Counted from the stretch's first letter, positions 9,019-19,209 are shown. The stretch: 64,000 nt of DNA from Planctomycetota bacterium (GCA_046290465.1 JBKAGP010000001.1:5184001-5248000); one strand, 5' to 3'. Numbers and translations: made by a program. Notes: generated by a model from the sequence alone, not told the origin.

Positions 9019-9798
9019 CTATCGGCCGGATGCCGGGCCGGTCTGTCCCCGGTCCTGAGGAAGCACGCGCAGGTCCGCGATCAGCGGGATGTGGTCGGAC
9101 GCCGTGCGCGATCCGCGGCTGCGGGCCCGGTGCAGCGAGCCGAGTTCGCAGCCGCCGCGTACGAACACCGAGTCGAGGGCGCGCACGGGCGCCCACGCCG
9201 GGAACGTGCGCGGCGCCCGCCGCGGCCCGCGGAAGCCCTCGGGGACCAGCAGGCGCTTGCCGAGGTTGCCGAGCACGTCGTTGAAGTCGCCGGCGACGAC
9301 CACCGGGGTGTCCCGGTGGACGTGGGTCAGCTTCGGGTGCGCCAGCAGCTGGCGCAGTTGCTCGCGGCGTTCGCGCTCGCTGAGGCCGAGGTGGGCGTTG
9401 AACGCGTGCAGGGTGCGGCTGTGCCCGTCCGGCAGCGCCAGCCGGACCTCCGCGTGCAGCACGCTGCGGGGCTTGCGACCCGGGCGGGTCAGGTCGACGT
9501 TCTCGGTCGTCGTCAGCGGATGGTGGCTGAGGATCGCGTTGCCGTACTCGCCGCGCTTGGGACCGAAGCGAACGTTCACGAAGAAGCTGCGGTGGCGCAT
9601 GCCGAGCGCGTCGCCGAGCACGTCGACCTGGCGCTCGCGCTGGTACCAGCTGCCGTTCTGCGATACCTCCTGCAGCAGCACGAGGTCGGGTCGTTGTGCG
9701 GCGAGCACCGCTGCGATGCGCACAGGGTCGTAGCGACGATCGAGGCCGCCTACGCACTTGTGGATGTTCCAGCTGATCAGTCGGACGTCTAGTGGCAA
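9019..9798 (-). CDS. Endonuclease/exonuclease/phosphatase (EEP) family protein
   Basis: SWNIHK, LQEV, GNAILS, AGDFN, LDSVF, SDHIP. Start uncertain (TTG at 9798, overlapping the upstream stop). Confidence 0.88.
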   Translation of the reverse strand: MPLDVRLISWNIHKCVGGLDRRYDPVRIAAVLAAQRPDLVLLQEVSQNGSWYQRERQVDVLGDALGMRHRSFFVNVRFGPKRGEYGNAILSHHPLTTTENVDLTRPGRKPRSVLHAEVRLALPDGHSRTLHAFNAHLGLSERERREQLRQLLAHPKLTHVHRDTPVVVAGDFNDVLGNLGKRLLVPEGFRGPRRAPRTFPAWAPVRALDSVFVRGGCELGSLHRARSRGSRTASDHIPLIADLRVLPQDRGQTGPASGR

Positions 9799-10430
9799 CA
9801 GCTCGCTCCGGACAGGCCGGTGATTCCTCGCCAGATCAGCATACCGGCGGCGAGCAGCATCGCGACACGCTGCAGCCACTGCAGCGTGCGCGGTCCGAAG
9901 CGCGCGGCGAGGCGACCGGCCTGGGTCTGCGCGAGCAGCAGCAGCGGCAGCGAGCCGAGCGCGAAGCCGAGCATCACGACGCTGCCCGCGACCGGTGAGC
10001 CGGCGACCGCGGCACCGGCGAACGCGGCCCATAGCAGGCCGCACGGCAGCAGCGGCGTGAACGCGCCGAGCACGCAGGCACGCGTCGTCGTCGACCAGGT
10101 TCTGGTCTTCGACATCGCGCGCTGCAGCATCGAACCGAGGCCGGGGATGTTGAGCGCGCCGCGTTCGCCGAGGGTCGCGAGCACGATCAGTCCGGCGGCG
10201 AGCACGAACGCGACGTAGGCCGTCGGTGTGCCCAACTCGCTGCTGCCGAGTGCGGCGCCGATCCCGCCGAGTGCGAAGCCGACCATCGCGTACGAACTCG
10301 TCCTGCCGAGTTGGTAGGTGACCGCACCCTTCGCTCCGCCTTGGAACGCGAGCGCGAGCGGTCCGCACATGCATGCGCAGTGCAGCGAGTTCGCGAAGCC
10401 GAAGACGAAACTTTCGAGCAAGGGTGTCAT
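9789..10430 (-). CDS. Sulfite exporter TauE/SafE-like (DsbD_2) membrane protein, cbb3 assembly associated
   Basis: SLHCACMCGP, YQLGR, LLPCGLLW, multiple TM helices, C-terminal SCCH. Adjacent to the cco cluster. Confidence 0.88.
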   Translation of the reverse strand: MTPLLESFVFGFANSLHCACMCGPLALAFQGGAKGAVTYQLGRTSSYAMVGFALGGIGAALGSSELGTPTAYVAFVLAAGLIVLATLGERGALNIPGLGSMLQRAMSKTRTWSTTTRACVLGAFTPLLPCGLLWAAFAGAAVAGSPVAGSVVMLGFALGSLPLLLLAQTQAGRLAARFGPRTLQWLQRVAMLLAAGMLIWRGITGLSGASCCH

Positions 10431-10439
10431 TGCGAATGC

Positions 10440-12875
10440 ATGGGACGCCAGTGGGTGCTCTCTGACGAACGCAGCGGGCGCGCCCGCATTTCGCCGAGTG
10501 TCGCGAGCAGCAAGGGGAACGAGGCGACGCGCTGTAAGCACTGCGGCTTACCGGTTCCCGGCGAGCGACGTAGTTCGCCGTTCTGTTGTGCGGGGTGCGA
10601 AGCCGTGCACGGCCTGTTGGCCGAAGAAGGGCTGACGCGCTTCTACGATCTCGGCGGCAACGCGACCGGCGCGGTCGGCGCGGTGCCGCGTGTGCCTACG
10701 TTCGATTGGCTCGACGAATACGAACAACGGCACGCAGGCGGCGATCACGCGCGCTTCGTGCTCGACGTGCAAGGCATCCGCTGCGCAGCGTGCGTCTGGC
10801 TGCTGCGCGCGATCTGGGATCGCATCGACGGCGGCACGCTGCTGCACGTCTCGCCGTCGCTCGGCCAGGTGACCATCGCCTACCGCCGCAGCAGCGGCAC
10901 CGGCCGCGCCTTCCTCGAGATGGCGGCGCGGCTCGGCTACCCGATGGCGCCGCCATCGCGAACGGCTGCGCGCGACACCGGCCTGCTGGTCCGCCTCGGC
11001 ATCAGCGCGGCCGTCGCCATGAACGCGATGATCCTCGCGGTCAGCCTCTACTTCGGCCTCGACGCGGCGGCCGCCGGCGCCAGCGACGCGACGCTGCGCT
11101 CGCTGTTCGGTTGGGTGCTGCTCGGCCTCGGCACGGTCAGCGTCGTCGTCGGCGGCCCGGTGTTCTTCCGCGCGGCGCTCGCCGGCGTGCGCGCCGGCGT
11201 CGTGCACATGGACCTGCCGATCTCGCTCGGCATCCTGCTCGCCTACGTCGGCTCGGTGCACGGCCAGCTGACCGGTGGCGCGACCTACTTCGACACGCTG
11301 GCGATCTTCGTCGCGTTCATGCTCGGCGGCCGGTTCCTGCAGCAGCGCACGCTGGCCAAGAACCGCGACCAGGTGCTCGCCGACGACGGCGCCGAACACC
11401 TGCGCGCGCGCCGCGTGCGGCAGGGCGAGGTGCAGCTGACGCCGATCCAGAAGCTGGCGGTCGGCGACGAATTGCTGCTGGCGCCCGGCGACCTGGTGCC
11501 GACCCGGTGCGAACTGCTCGACGACGCGGGCGCGTTCTCGCTCGACTGGATCAACGGCGAGAGCGAACCGCGCGCGTTCGCCGCCGGCGAAGCCGTGCCG
11601 GCCGGTGCGTTCCACACCGGGCGCAGCGCGACGCGGGCGCGCGTCACCGCCGACTACCACGCCTCGGGCCTCGCCGCGCTGCTCAGCCAGGAGCCGATCG
11701 ACCGCGAGGACACGCGTGGCCGGGTGCGGTTCTGGCAACGGCTCAACCGCTACTACGCGATCGGCGTGCTGGTCGCGGCGGCGCTCGGCGCGGGCGTGTG
11801 GGCGCTGCTCGACCCGGCCCGGTCGATCCCCGTCGCCGTCGCGGTGCTGGTCGTGACCTGCCCGTGCGCGATGGGCATCGCCACGCCGCTGGCCTTCCAC
11901 CTGGCGCTGGCGCGGCTTCGCCGCCGCGGCGTGTTCGTGCGCACCCGCAGCCTGCTCGACAAGGTGCGGGTGCTGCGGCACGTGGTGTTCGACAAGACCG
12001 GCACGCTGACGTTCGGCGGCCTGAGCGCGCGGGCGCGCTGCGACGTGCCGCAACACGCGCTGCCGGTGCTGGCTTCGATGACCGCGTCGAGCAACCACCC
12101 GGTCAGCCAGGCGGTGCTCGCGTCGCTGCCGTCGGCGCCGATCCTCGACGGCATCGAGGTCGTCGAGCACGTCGGCGAAGGTCTTCAAGCGCGCTACGCC
12201 GGGGCCACCTGGCGGTTCGGCTCGCACCGCTTCGCCGGCGTCGCGGCGCCGGCCGGCGATCGACGCGAGGTCGTGCTGACCAGGAACGGCGAGCCGGTCG
12301 CGACGTTCGAACTCGACGAGGACTATCGCAGCGGCGTGCGCGACGAACTCGCGGCGCTGCAGCACCGCGGCCTCGACGTGCAGCTGATGTCGGGAGATCG
12401 CGCCGACCGCGTCGCCGACGCGGCCACAACGCTCGGCATCCCGGCCGACCGTGCCCGCGGCGGCATGTCGCCGCAGGACAAGGCCGACGCGGTCGCCGCG
12501 CTCGATCGCGACGACACGCTGATGGTCGGCGACGGCCTCAACGACGCGCCGGCGTTCCAGCAGGCCTGGTGCGCCGGCACGCCGGCGATGGATCGCCCGG
12601 TGCTGCCCGCGCGCGCGGACTTCTGCTTCCGCGGCGCGCAGGCGGGCGCGGTCGCGTCGCTGCTCGACGTCGCCGACCAGCACGCCCGCGTCGTGCGCGC
12701 CAACCTCACGATGGCCCTCGTCTACAACGCGAGCGTGCTGTCGCTCAGCTTCGCCGGCCTGATGACGCCGCTGCTCTGCGCGGTGCTGATGCCGGTCAGT
12801 TCGGTCGCGCTGGTGCTGCACACCAGCGTGCGCATGCAGCGGGCCCGGCCCGCGGCCCGAGGGGGCAATCGATGA
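10440..12875 (+). CDS. ccoI: Heavy-metal (Cu) P1B-type ATPase CcoI/FixI
   Basis: N-terminal CKHC..FCCAGC, HMA CAAC, CPC, DKTGT, HP, GDGLNDAP, YN. Start uncertain (10440 or 10455). Confidence 0.92.
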   Translation: MGRQWVLSDERSGRARISPSVASSKGNEATRCKHCGLPVPGERRSSPFCCAGCEAVHGLLAEEGLTRFYDLGGNATGAVGAVPRVPTFDWLDEYEQRHAGGDHARFVLDVQGIRCAACVWLLRAIWDRIDGGTLLHVSPSLGQVTIAYRRSSGTGRAFLEMAARLGYPMAPPSRTAARDTGLLVRLGISAAVAMNAMILAVSLYFGLDAAAAGASDATLRSLFGWVLLGLGTVSVVVGGPVFFRAALAGVRAGVVHMDLPISLGILLAYVGSVHGQLTGGATYFDTLAIFVAFMLGGRFLQQRTLAKNRDQVLADDGAEHLRARRVRQGEVQLTPIQKLAVGDELLLAPGDLVPTRCELLDDAGAFSLDWINGESEPRAFAAGEAVPAGAFHTGRSATRARVTADYHASGLAALLSQEPIDREDTRGRVRFWQRLNRYYAIGVLVAAALGAGVWALLDPARSIPVAVAVLVVTCPCAMGIATPLAFHLALARLRRRGVFVRTRSLLDKVRVLRHVVFDKTGTLTFGGLSARARCDVPQHALPVLASMTASSNHPVSQAVLASLPSAPILDGIEVVEHVGEGLQARYAGATWRFGSHRFAGVAAPAGDRREVVLTRNGEPVATFELDEDYRSGVRDELAALQHRGLDVQLMSGDRADRVADAATTLGIPADRARGGMSPQDKADAVAALDRDDTLMVGDGLNDAPAFQQAWCAGTPAMDRPVLPARADFCFRGAQAGAVASLLDVADQHARVVRANLTMALVYNASVLSLSFAGLMTPLLCAVLMPVSSVALVLHTSVRMQRARPAARGGNR

Positions 12876-13066
12876 GCATCATCCCGGCACTACTGCTGTG
12901 CAGCCTGGCCCTCGTGATCGGCTCGATCGTGCTGTTCGTGTTCAGCGCGAAGCAGGGCGACTGCCACGAGTCCGACCGTCTCTGCCTGATGCCGCTCGAG
13001 GACGACACCGACGTCGCCGAGCCGCAGGCCAACGCAAACCAAACCACTCCTCCCTCCAACCACTAG
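12872..13066 (+). CDS. ccoS: cbb3 oxidase maturation protein CcoS/FixS
   Basis: 64 aa, single TM, FSAKQGD...MPLEDD. Lies between ccoI and ccoN. Confidence 0.8.
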   Translation: MSIIPALLLCSLALVIGSIVLFVFSAKQGDCHESDRLCLMPLEDDTDVAEPQANANQTTPPSNH

Positions 13067-13070
13067 TTCC

Positions 13071-15467
13071 ATGGAAGTAGCAACCACTACCGAGACCCGG
13101 CGCATCACGTACGACGACGGTGTCGTGCGCGGTTTCGTCTGGGCCAGCGTCGCCTGGGGCGCGGTCGGCCTGCTCGTCGGCCTGATCATCGCGCTCCAGC
13201 TGAGCTTTCCGCAGCTCAACCTCGACACGTCGTTCACGACGTTCGGCCGTCTGCGTCCGCTGCACACCAACGCGGTGATCTTCGCGCTGGTCGGCAACAT
13301 GATGTTCGCGGGCATCTACTACAGCTCGCAGCGGCTGCTGAAGACGCGGATGGCGTCGGACCTGCTGAGCAAGGTGCACCTGTGGGGATGGCAGCTGATC
13401 ATCCTCGGCGCGGCGGTGACGCTGCCGCTCGGCATCACGCAGTCGAAGGAATACGCCGAACTCGAGTGGTTCCTGGACGTCGCGGTGGCGCTCGTCTGGG
13501 TCGCGTTCGCGATCAACTTCTTCTGGACGCTCGCGATCCGCAACGAGAAGAACCTCTACGTCAGCATCTGGTTCTACATCTCGACGATCCTGACGATCGC
13601 GGTGCTCTACATCGTCAACAACCTGTCGCTGCCGGTGACGGGCACCAAGAGCTACGGCGTGTTCTCGGGCGCGCAGGATGCGCTGACGCAGTGGTGGTAT
13701 GGCCACAACGCGGTCGCGTTCTTCCTGACGACGCCGATCCTCGGGATCATGTATTACTTCCTGCCCAAGGCAGCCGACCGGCCGGTGTTCAGCTACCGCC
13801 TGTCGATCGTGCACTTCTGGGCGCTGGTGTTCATCTACATCTGGGCCGGCCCGCACCACCTGCTCAACACCGCGCTGCCCGACTGGGCGCAGTCGCTCGG
13901 CATGCTGTTCAGCCTGATGCTGTGGGCGCCGTCGTGGGGCGGCATGCTCAACGGCCTGCTGACGCTGCGTGGCGCCTGGCACAAGGTGCGCACCGATCCG
14001 GTGCTCAAGTTCTTCGTCGCCGGCGTGACCTTCTACGGCATGGCGACGTTCGAAGGGCCGCTGCTGTCGATCAAGGCGGTCAGCGCGCTCGGCCACTACA
14101 CCGACTGGATCATCGGCCACGTGCACTCGGGTGCGCTCGGCTGGAACGGCTTCATGGCGGCGGGCATGTTCTACTGGTTGGTTCCGAAGCTGTTCGGCAC
14201 CAAGCTGCACAGCACCAAGATGGCCGACGCGCACTTCTGGCTCGGCATGGTGGGGATCCTGCTCTACGTCGCCTCGATGTGGATCAGCGGCATCAGCCAG
14301 GGGCTGATGTGGCGCGCGGAGACCGCCGACGGCGGCCTGCAGTACCCCGAGTGGAACCCGATCATCAACAGCCAGCAGCTGATGTACCTGGCCCGCAGCA
14401 TCGGCGGCGGCCTGTTCGTGGTCGGCTGGTTGCTGATGTTCTACAACCTGATCGTCACCGCGATGAAGGGCAAGGCGGTCGACGTCGAGACCGAGGTTGC
14501 CGTCGTCGACACCAGGCCGGTCGCCGGCACGCCGGGCACGATGGGCCTGCTGTTCAGCCGTCCGGTCGTGCTCTGCGCGCTGGGCATGGTCGCGGCGACG
14601 ATGTTCGCCGGCCCCAACGTCGGCCTGGCCGTGCTGGGCCTGATCCTGCTGCTGGCGGTCGTCGGGTTCGCCGCGGCGATGCTGTTCGGCTCGCTCGGCA
14701 AGGGCAAGCACGGCTGGCACGACATCATCGAGTCGCGCCCGCTGGCGTTCAGCGTGCTGACGCTGGTCGCGGTGCTGGTCGGTGGCCTGTTCGAGCTGCT
14801 GCCGGGCCTGATCACCGACAAGAAGGTGCCGTATGCGGCCAACGGCGAGATCGCCGTGAAGCCCTACACGCCGCTCGAGCTGACCGGTCGCGACATCTAC
14901 GTGCGCGAGGGCTGCTACGTGTGCCACTCGCAGATGATCCGCCCGTTCCGCAGCGAGCAGCTGCGCTACGGCGCGCCGAGCCGCATCGAGGAGTCGATGT
15001 GGGACCACCCGTTCCAGTGGGGCAGCAAGCGCACCGGGCCGGACCTGGCGCGGGTCGGCACCAAGCGCAACGAGGCGTGGCACTGGGACCACATGTTCGA
15101 TCCGCGCTACGGCGCCGACTACGTGCTGGGTGAGAGCCAGTCGATCATGCCGGCCTGTCCGTGGCTCTACACGGACAAGGCCGAGCCGGCCATCGCCACC
15201 GACAAGATGGCGGTGCTGAAGCGGCTGGGCACGCCGTACAGCGACGAAGAGGTCGCCGGCGCCGAGGATGCCTACCGCAGGCAGGCGGCGCAGGTGATCG
15301 CCAACCTCGCCAAGGACGGCAAGACCAACGTCGTGCTGAAGGACGGCACGAAGGTCGACGCAGATCCGGAGTCGGAGATCGTCGCCCTGATCGCATACCT
15401 GATGCGGCTCGGCCGCAACCTCGAACCGACCGACTACAAGGCGGTCGAGATCCAAGGAGGCAAGTGA
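13071..15467 (+). CDS. ccoN: cbb3-type cytochrome c oxidase subunit I/II fusion (CcoN-CcoO)
   Basis: RLRPLHTN, WWYGHN, WAGPHH, GHVHSG, followed by CcoO EGCYVCHSQMIRP and WGSKRTGPDLAR. Confidence 0.96.
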   Translation: MEVATTTETRRITYDDGVVRGFVWASVAWGAVGLLVGLIIALQLSFPQLNLDTSFTTFGRLRPLHTNAVIFALVGNMMFAGIYYSSQRLLKTRMASDLLSKVHLWGWQLIILGAAVTLPLGITQSKEYAELEWFLDVAVALVWVAFAINFFWTLAIRNEKNLYVSIWFYISTILTIAVLYIVNNLSLPVTGTKSYGVFSGAQDALTQWWYGHNAVAFFLTTPILGIMYYFLPKAADRPVFSYRLSIVHFWALVFIYIWAGPHHLLNTALPDWAQSLGMLFSLMLWAPSWGGMLNGLLTLRGAWHKVRTDPVLKFFVAGVTFYGMATFEGPLLSIKAVSALGHYTDWIIGHVHSGALGWNGFMAAGMFYWLVPKLFGTKLHSTKMADAHFWLGMVGILLYVASMWISGISQGLMWRAETADGGLQYPEWNPIINSQQLMYLARSIGGGLFVVGWLLMFYNLIVTAMKGKAVDVETEVAVVDTRPVAGTPGTMGLLFSRPVVLCALGMVAATMFAGPNVGLAVLGLILLLAVVGFAAAMLFGSLGKGKHGWHDIIESRPLAFSVLTLVAVLVGGLFELLPGLITDKKVPYAANGEIAVKPYTPLELTGRDIYVREGCYVCHSQMIRPFRSEQLRYGAPSRIEESMWDHPFQWGSKRTGPDLARVGTKRNEAWHWDHMFDPRYGADYVLGESQSIMPACPWLYTDKAEPAIATDKMAVLKRLGTPYSDEEVAGAEDAYRRQAAQVIANLAKDGKTNVVLKDGTKVDADPESEIVALIAYLMRLGRNLEPTDYKAVEIQGGK

Positions 15468-15649
15468 TGTTGAAGGAGTTCCTGAACGCGGTGTCGTGGT
15501 TCGACCTGCCGCTGATCTCGACGGCGTTGTTCGTCGCGATCTTTCTCGCCGTGCTGATCCGCGTCTGCCAGAAGGCGCGGCGGCCGGAATACGACCGCAT
15601 GGCCTCGCTGCCGCTCGAAGACGGCGCGATCGTCAAGGAGGACAACTAG
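15467..15649 (+). CDS. ccoQ: cbb3 oxidase subunit CcoQ
   Basis: 60 aa, single TM, YDRMASLPLED. RBS AGGAGG upstream. Confidence 0.85.
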   Translation: MLKEFLNAVSWFDLPLISTALFVAIFLAVLIRVCQKARRPEYDRMASLPLEDGAIVKEDN

Positions 15650-15651
15650 TC

Positions 15652-16206
15652 ATGGCTGCGGAAGTTCGCGAGCACACGTTCGACGGCATCCAGGAGTTCG
15701 ACAACCGGCTGCCCAACTGGTGGCTGTGGACGTTCTACCTGGCCTGCATCTTCTCGGTCGGCTACTGGGTGCACTACCACACGCTCGGCACCGGGGACCT
15801 GCCGATCGAGGCATACCACGTCGAGCAGCAGGCTGCGGCCAAGGCGCTCGAAGAACGCCTGGCCAAGAACCCGATCACCGACGAGTCGCTGCTGGAGCTG
15901 GCCGCCAACCCCGCGTTCGTCGAGGAGGGCAAGGCCATCTTCACCAACCCGAAGCTGTGCGCGCAGTGCCACAACGCCGACGGCAGCGGCAACATCGGCC
16001 CCAACCTGACCGACGAGTTCTGGATCTACGGCGGCAAGCCGATGGACGTCTACACGACGATCATGGAAGGGCGGCCGGGCGGCATGGCGTCGTACAAGGC
16101 CAACGGCCTCGGCTTCGTGCAGCGCGCGACCGCCTACGTGCTGTCGATCAAGAACACCAAGGTGCCCGGCAAGGCACCGGAAGAGAACGCCAAGAAGGAG
16201 CAATAA
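15652..16206 (+). CDS. ccoP: cbb3 oxidase subunit III CcoP (short, mono-heme)
   Basis: HTFDGIQEFDNRLPNWW, a single CAQCH, GPNLTD. Confidence 0.92.
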   Translation: MAAEVREHTFDGIQEFDNRLPNWWLWTFYLACIFSVGYWVHYHTLGTGDLPIEAYHVEQQAAAKALEERLAKNPITDESLLELAANPAFVEEGKAIFTNPKLCAQCHNADGSGNIGPNLTDEFWIYGGKPMDVYTTIMEGRPGGMASYKANGLGFVQRATAYVLSIKNTKVPGKAPEENAKKEQ

Positions 16207-16233
16207 GCCCGCTTCGCGCGGCGTTGCACGACC

Positions 16234-17679
16234 ATGAGCGAGACCGTTCCTCCGCAGGACGATTCGGTGCAGAAGCCGATCGTGCAGCGCAACAAGAAGG
16301 TCGTGCGTCGTCCCGACGTCGACACCTTGTTCAGCATCAACGAGGATGGATCGCGAAACGTGATCCACCCCGCGGACGTCAAGGGGCGGTTCCAGCGCAT
16401 CAAGAACGCGCTGTGGGTCGTGCTGATCGGCGTCTACCTGGCGTTGCCGTGGATCAAGATCGACGGCAACCCGGCGTTCCTGATCGACGTCGACGCGCGC
16501 CACTTCTACCTGTTCGGCTTCACGTTCAACGCGCAGGACTTCTGGCTCGCGTTCTTCTTCGTGACCGGGCTCGGCTTCACGCTGTTCGTGGTCGCCGCGC
16601 TGTTCGGGCGCATGTGGTGCGGCTACGCGTGCCCGCAGACGGTGTTCCTCGAGGGCGTGTTCCGCAAGATCGAACGGTGGATCGAGGGCAACGCGCACGC
16701 CCGCGCAAAGCTCGACAAGGGCAGCGTCCGGCAGAAGCTGTTCCGTCGCGGCCTCAAGATGGTCGTGTTCTTCCTGATCGCCGCGCTGATCGCGCACTCG
16801 TTCGTCGGCTACTTCATGCCGGTCGAGGTGCTGCTCGAGGCGGTCACGTCGTCCCCGGGCAAGCACCCGACGGCGTTCGGGTTCGTGCTGGTCGCGACGC
16901 TGCTGATGTTCGTCAACTTCACCTGGTTCCGCGAGCAGCTGTGCATCGTCATCTGCCCGTACGGCCGTCTGCAGGGCGCGCTGTACGATCCGGACACGGT
17001 GCTGGTCGGCTACGACCAGCAGCGCGGCGAGCCGCGCGGGCCGGCCGGCAGCAGCGGTGCGGGGGACTGCGTCGACTGCTACCGCTGCGTCGCGGTCTGC
17101 CCGACCGGGATCGACATCCGCAACGGCACCCAGCTCGAGTGCGTCGGCTGCGCCAACTGCATCGACGCGTGTGACGACGTGATGGGCAAGCTCGGCCGCG
17201 ACAAGGGGCTGGTTCGCTACGACAGCCAGCGCGGCTTCGAGACCGGCAAGCGGCGGTTCCTGCGCGCGCGCGTGCTGATGTACGTGGTGCTGCTGCTGCT
17301 CGGGGTGTCGATGTTCACGCTGGCGCTGACGCGGCGGCGGCCGTTCGAAGCCGAACTGCAGCGCTCCGGTGGTCGTCCGTACGTGGTCGAGGGCGACCGC
17401 GTGCACAACGTGTTCAACCTGCAGCTGATCAACAAGCGGCCGGGTGGCCGCAGCTTCGCGATCGAAGCGGTCGGCCCCGAGTTCGCCGAGACGGTGATCG
17501 CGGTGCAGCAGGTCGACCTCGGCTCGCTCGAGTCGCGGCGCGTGCCGGTGCACGTGTTCGTGCCGCTCGAGCAGTTCCGCGCCGGCCTGCGCAGTGAGCT
17601 GCGGGTGGTCTGCGACGATCCCGACGGCGAACTCGAGCGGATCGCCACCGCGCCGATCCTGGGGCCGAGCTCCCGCTGA
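16234..17679 (+). CDS. ccoG: Cytochrome c oxidase accessory 4Fe-4S protein CcoG/FixG
   Basis: GRMWCGYACPQT, CPYGRLQ, CVDCYRCVAVCP, CVGCANCIDAC. Confidence 0.94.
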   Translation: MSETVPPQDDSVQKPIVQRNKKVVRRPDVDTLFSINEDGSRNVIHPADVKGRFQRIKNALWVVLIGVYLALPWIKIDGNPAFLIDVDARHFYLFGFTFNAQDFWLAFFFVTGLGFTLFVVAALFGRMWCGYACPQTVFLEGVFRKIERWIEGNAHARAKLDKGSVRQKLFRRGLKMVVFFLIAALIAHSFVGYFMPVEVLLEAVTSSPGKHPTAFGFVLVATLLMFVNFTWFREQLCIVICPYGRLQGALYDPDTVLVGYDQQRGEPRGPAGSSGAGDCVDCYRCVAVCPTGIDIRNGTQLECVGCANCIDACDDVMGKLGRDKGLVRYDSQRGFETGKRRFLRARVLMYVVLLLLGVSMFTLALTRRRPFEAELQRSGGRPYVVEGDRVHNVFNLQLINKRPGGRSFAIEAVGPEFAETVIAVQQVDLGSLESRRVPVHVFVPLEQFRAGLRSELRVVCDDPDGELERIATAPILGPSSR

Positions 17680-17727
17680 GCCCTTCCGGATGCTCCGACT
17701 GTCGGAGCCCCTCTCGTTGCGAGCCCC

Positions 17728-19065
17728 TTACTCGTTCGGGGCGAGCGGCAGCCAGACCACGAACGCCGCCCCGGATTCGGGTTCGCTGTCGACGCGGATC
17801 GTGCCGCCGTAGCCCTCGATGATGCTGCGGCTGATCGACAGGCCGAGGCCGGTGCCGCCGCGCGCGCGCTTGGTCGTCACGAACGGCTCGAAGATGCGGT
17901 CGCGCACCACCGGGTCGATGCCCGGACCGTTGTCGGAGACGGTCATCTGCACGCCGTGCATGCGACGCTCGGCTTGGATCGCGACCTGGCGACGCCGGCT
18001 GCTGTCCTGCTGCACCAGGATGTCCTTGGCGTTGATCATCAGGTTGAGCAGCACCTGCTGCACCTTCTGCGGGCGCGCGTAGACGTTGGGCAGGTCCTCG
18101 GAGACGTCGAGGTCGAGGTGGATGCCGTGGCGCTTCCAACTCTCGCCGATCAGGCTCATGGTGCGAGCGACGACCTCGGCCAGCGACGTCGGCTGCGCCT
18201 GGTCGCGGTCGTCGCGCGCGAACTGCAGCAGCGCCCGCACGATGTCGGCGATGCGTTCGCCCTCCTCGATGATGATGCGGCCGTTGTGCTCCGGTTCGTC
18301 GCCGTCCTGGATCAACTGCGCGCAGTTGATCATCGTGTTGATCGGGTTGTTGATCTCGTGCGCCACGCCGGCGGCGAGCTCGCCGACCGCGGCCAGCCGC
18401 TCGGACTGCGCCAGCTTGGACTGCAGTTCCTTGCGTTCGCTGACGTCGCGGATGACCGCCGTGAAGAACGGGCGTCCGTCCATCGAGCCTTCGCCGACCG
18501 ACAGGTCGATCGGGAACTCGGCACCGTCCTTGCGCAGACCGGTCACCTCGCGGCCGATGCCGATGATGCGTCGCTCGCCGGTGCGCAGGTAGCGTTCGAG
18601 GTAGCCGTCGTGCTCGCCCCGGTAGGGTTCGGGCATCAGTATCTTGACGTTCTGGCCGATCAGCTCGGCGCGTCCGTAACCGAACAGCTCGAGCGCGGCG
18701 TCGTTGACGGTCTCGACGTGGCCGCGGGCGTCGATCGTGACGATGCCCTCGGTCGCCGTGTCGACGATCGCGCGCCACGCCTCGACGTGCTTGGCGGCGG
18801 TCGCCAGCGCGTGCTCGCGCTCGCGCTCGGCGGCCCAGGTGGCGGCCTCGACCGATCGCTCGGCCAGCGAACGGCACCGCGGTCGCAGCACCGCGAGCGT
18901 CGTCAGGGCGGTGGCCGCGGTGACCGCTGCCGAGGTCGCCAGTCCGGCCGGCAGCAGCACGGCTGCTACCCAGCAGCCGACCGCCGCCGCGGTGATCCCC
19001 AGGTCGATCGAGCGGGCCCGTGCGCGGGCATGCTCCGAGAACCGGTGGGGAGGTTGTTCCGACAT
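17728..19065 (-). CDS. FixL-like heme-PAS sensor histidine kinase
   Basis: 2 TM, PAS GQNVKILMPEPYRGEHDGYLERYLRTGERRIIGIGREV (FixL signature), H-box AHEINNP, N box, DNGPG, GTGLGL. Confidence 0.9.
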   Translation of the reverse strand: MSEQPPHRFSEHARARARSIDLGITAAAVGCWVAAVLLPAGLATSAAVTAATALTTLAVLRPRCRSLAERSVEAATWAAEREREHALATAAKHVEAWRAIVDTATEGIVTIDARGHVETVNDAALELFGYGRAELIGQNVKILMPEPYRGEHDGYLERYLRTGERRIIGIGREVTGLRKDGAEFPIDLSVGEGSMDGRPFFTAVIRDVSERKELQSKLAQSERLAAVGELAAGVAHEINNPINTMINCAQLIQDGDEPEHNGRIIIEEGERIADIVRALLQFARDDRDQAQPTSLAEVVARTMSLIGESWKRHGIHLDLDVSEDLPNVYARPQKVQQVLLNLMINAKDILVQQDSSRRRQVAIQAERRMHGVQMTVSDNGPGIDPVVRDRIFEPFVTTKRARGGTGLGLSISRSIIEGYGGTIRVDSEPESGAAFVVWLPLAPNE

Positions 19066-19209
19066 GTCGTTTTCCCTAACGGTTCGGGCGGTTGCGTTCC
19101 ACATACGACTAAGGGCCCGGGCTGCTTTCGCACGATGCCTTAGAGCGGGGTCTCGGGCAGCGGGTATGAATGAACGTGCCGCACGACTCGAGTGCGTGGC
19201 AAACGGCAT

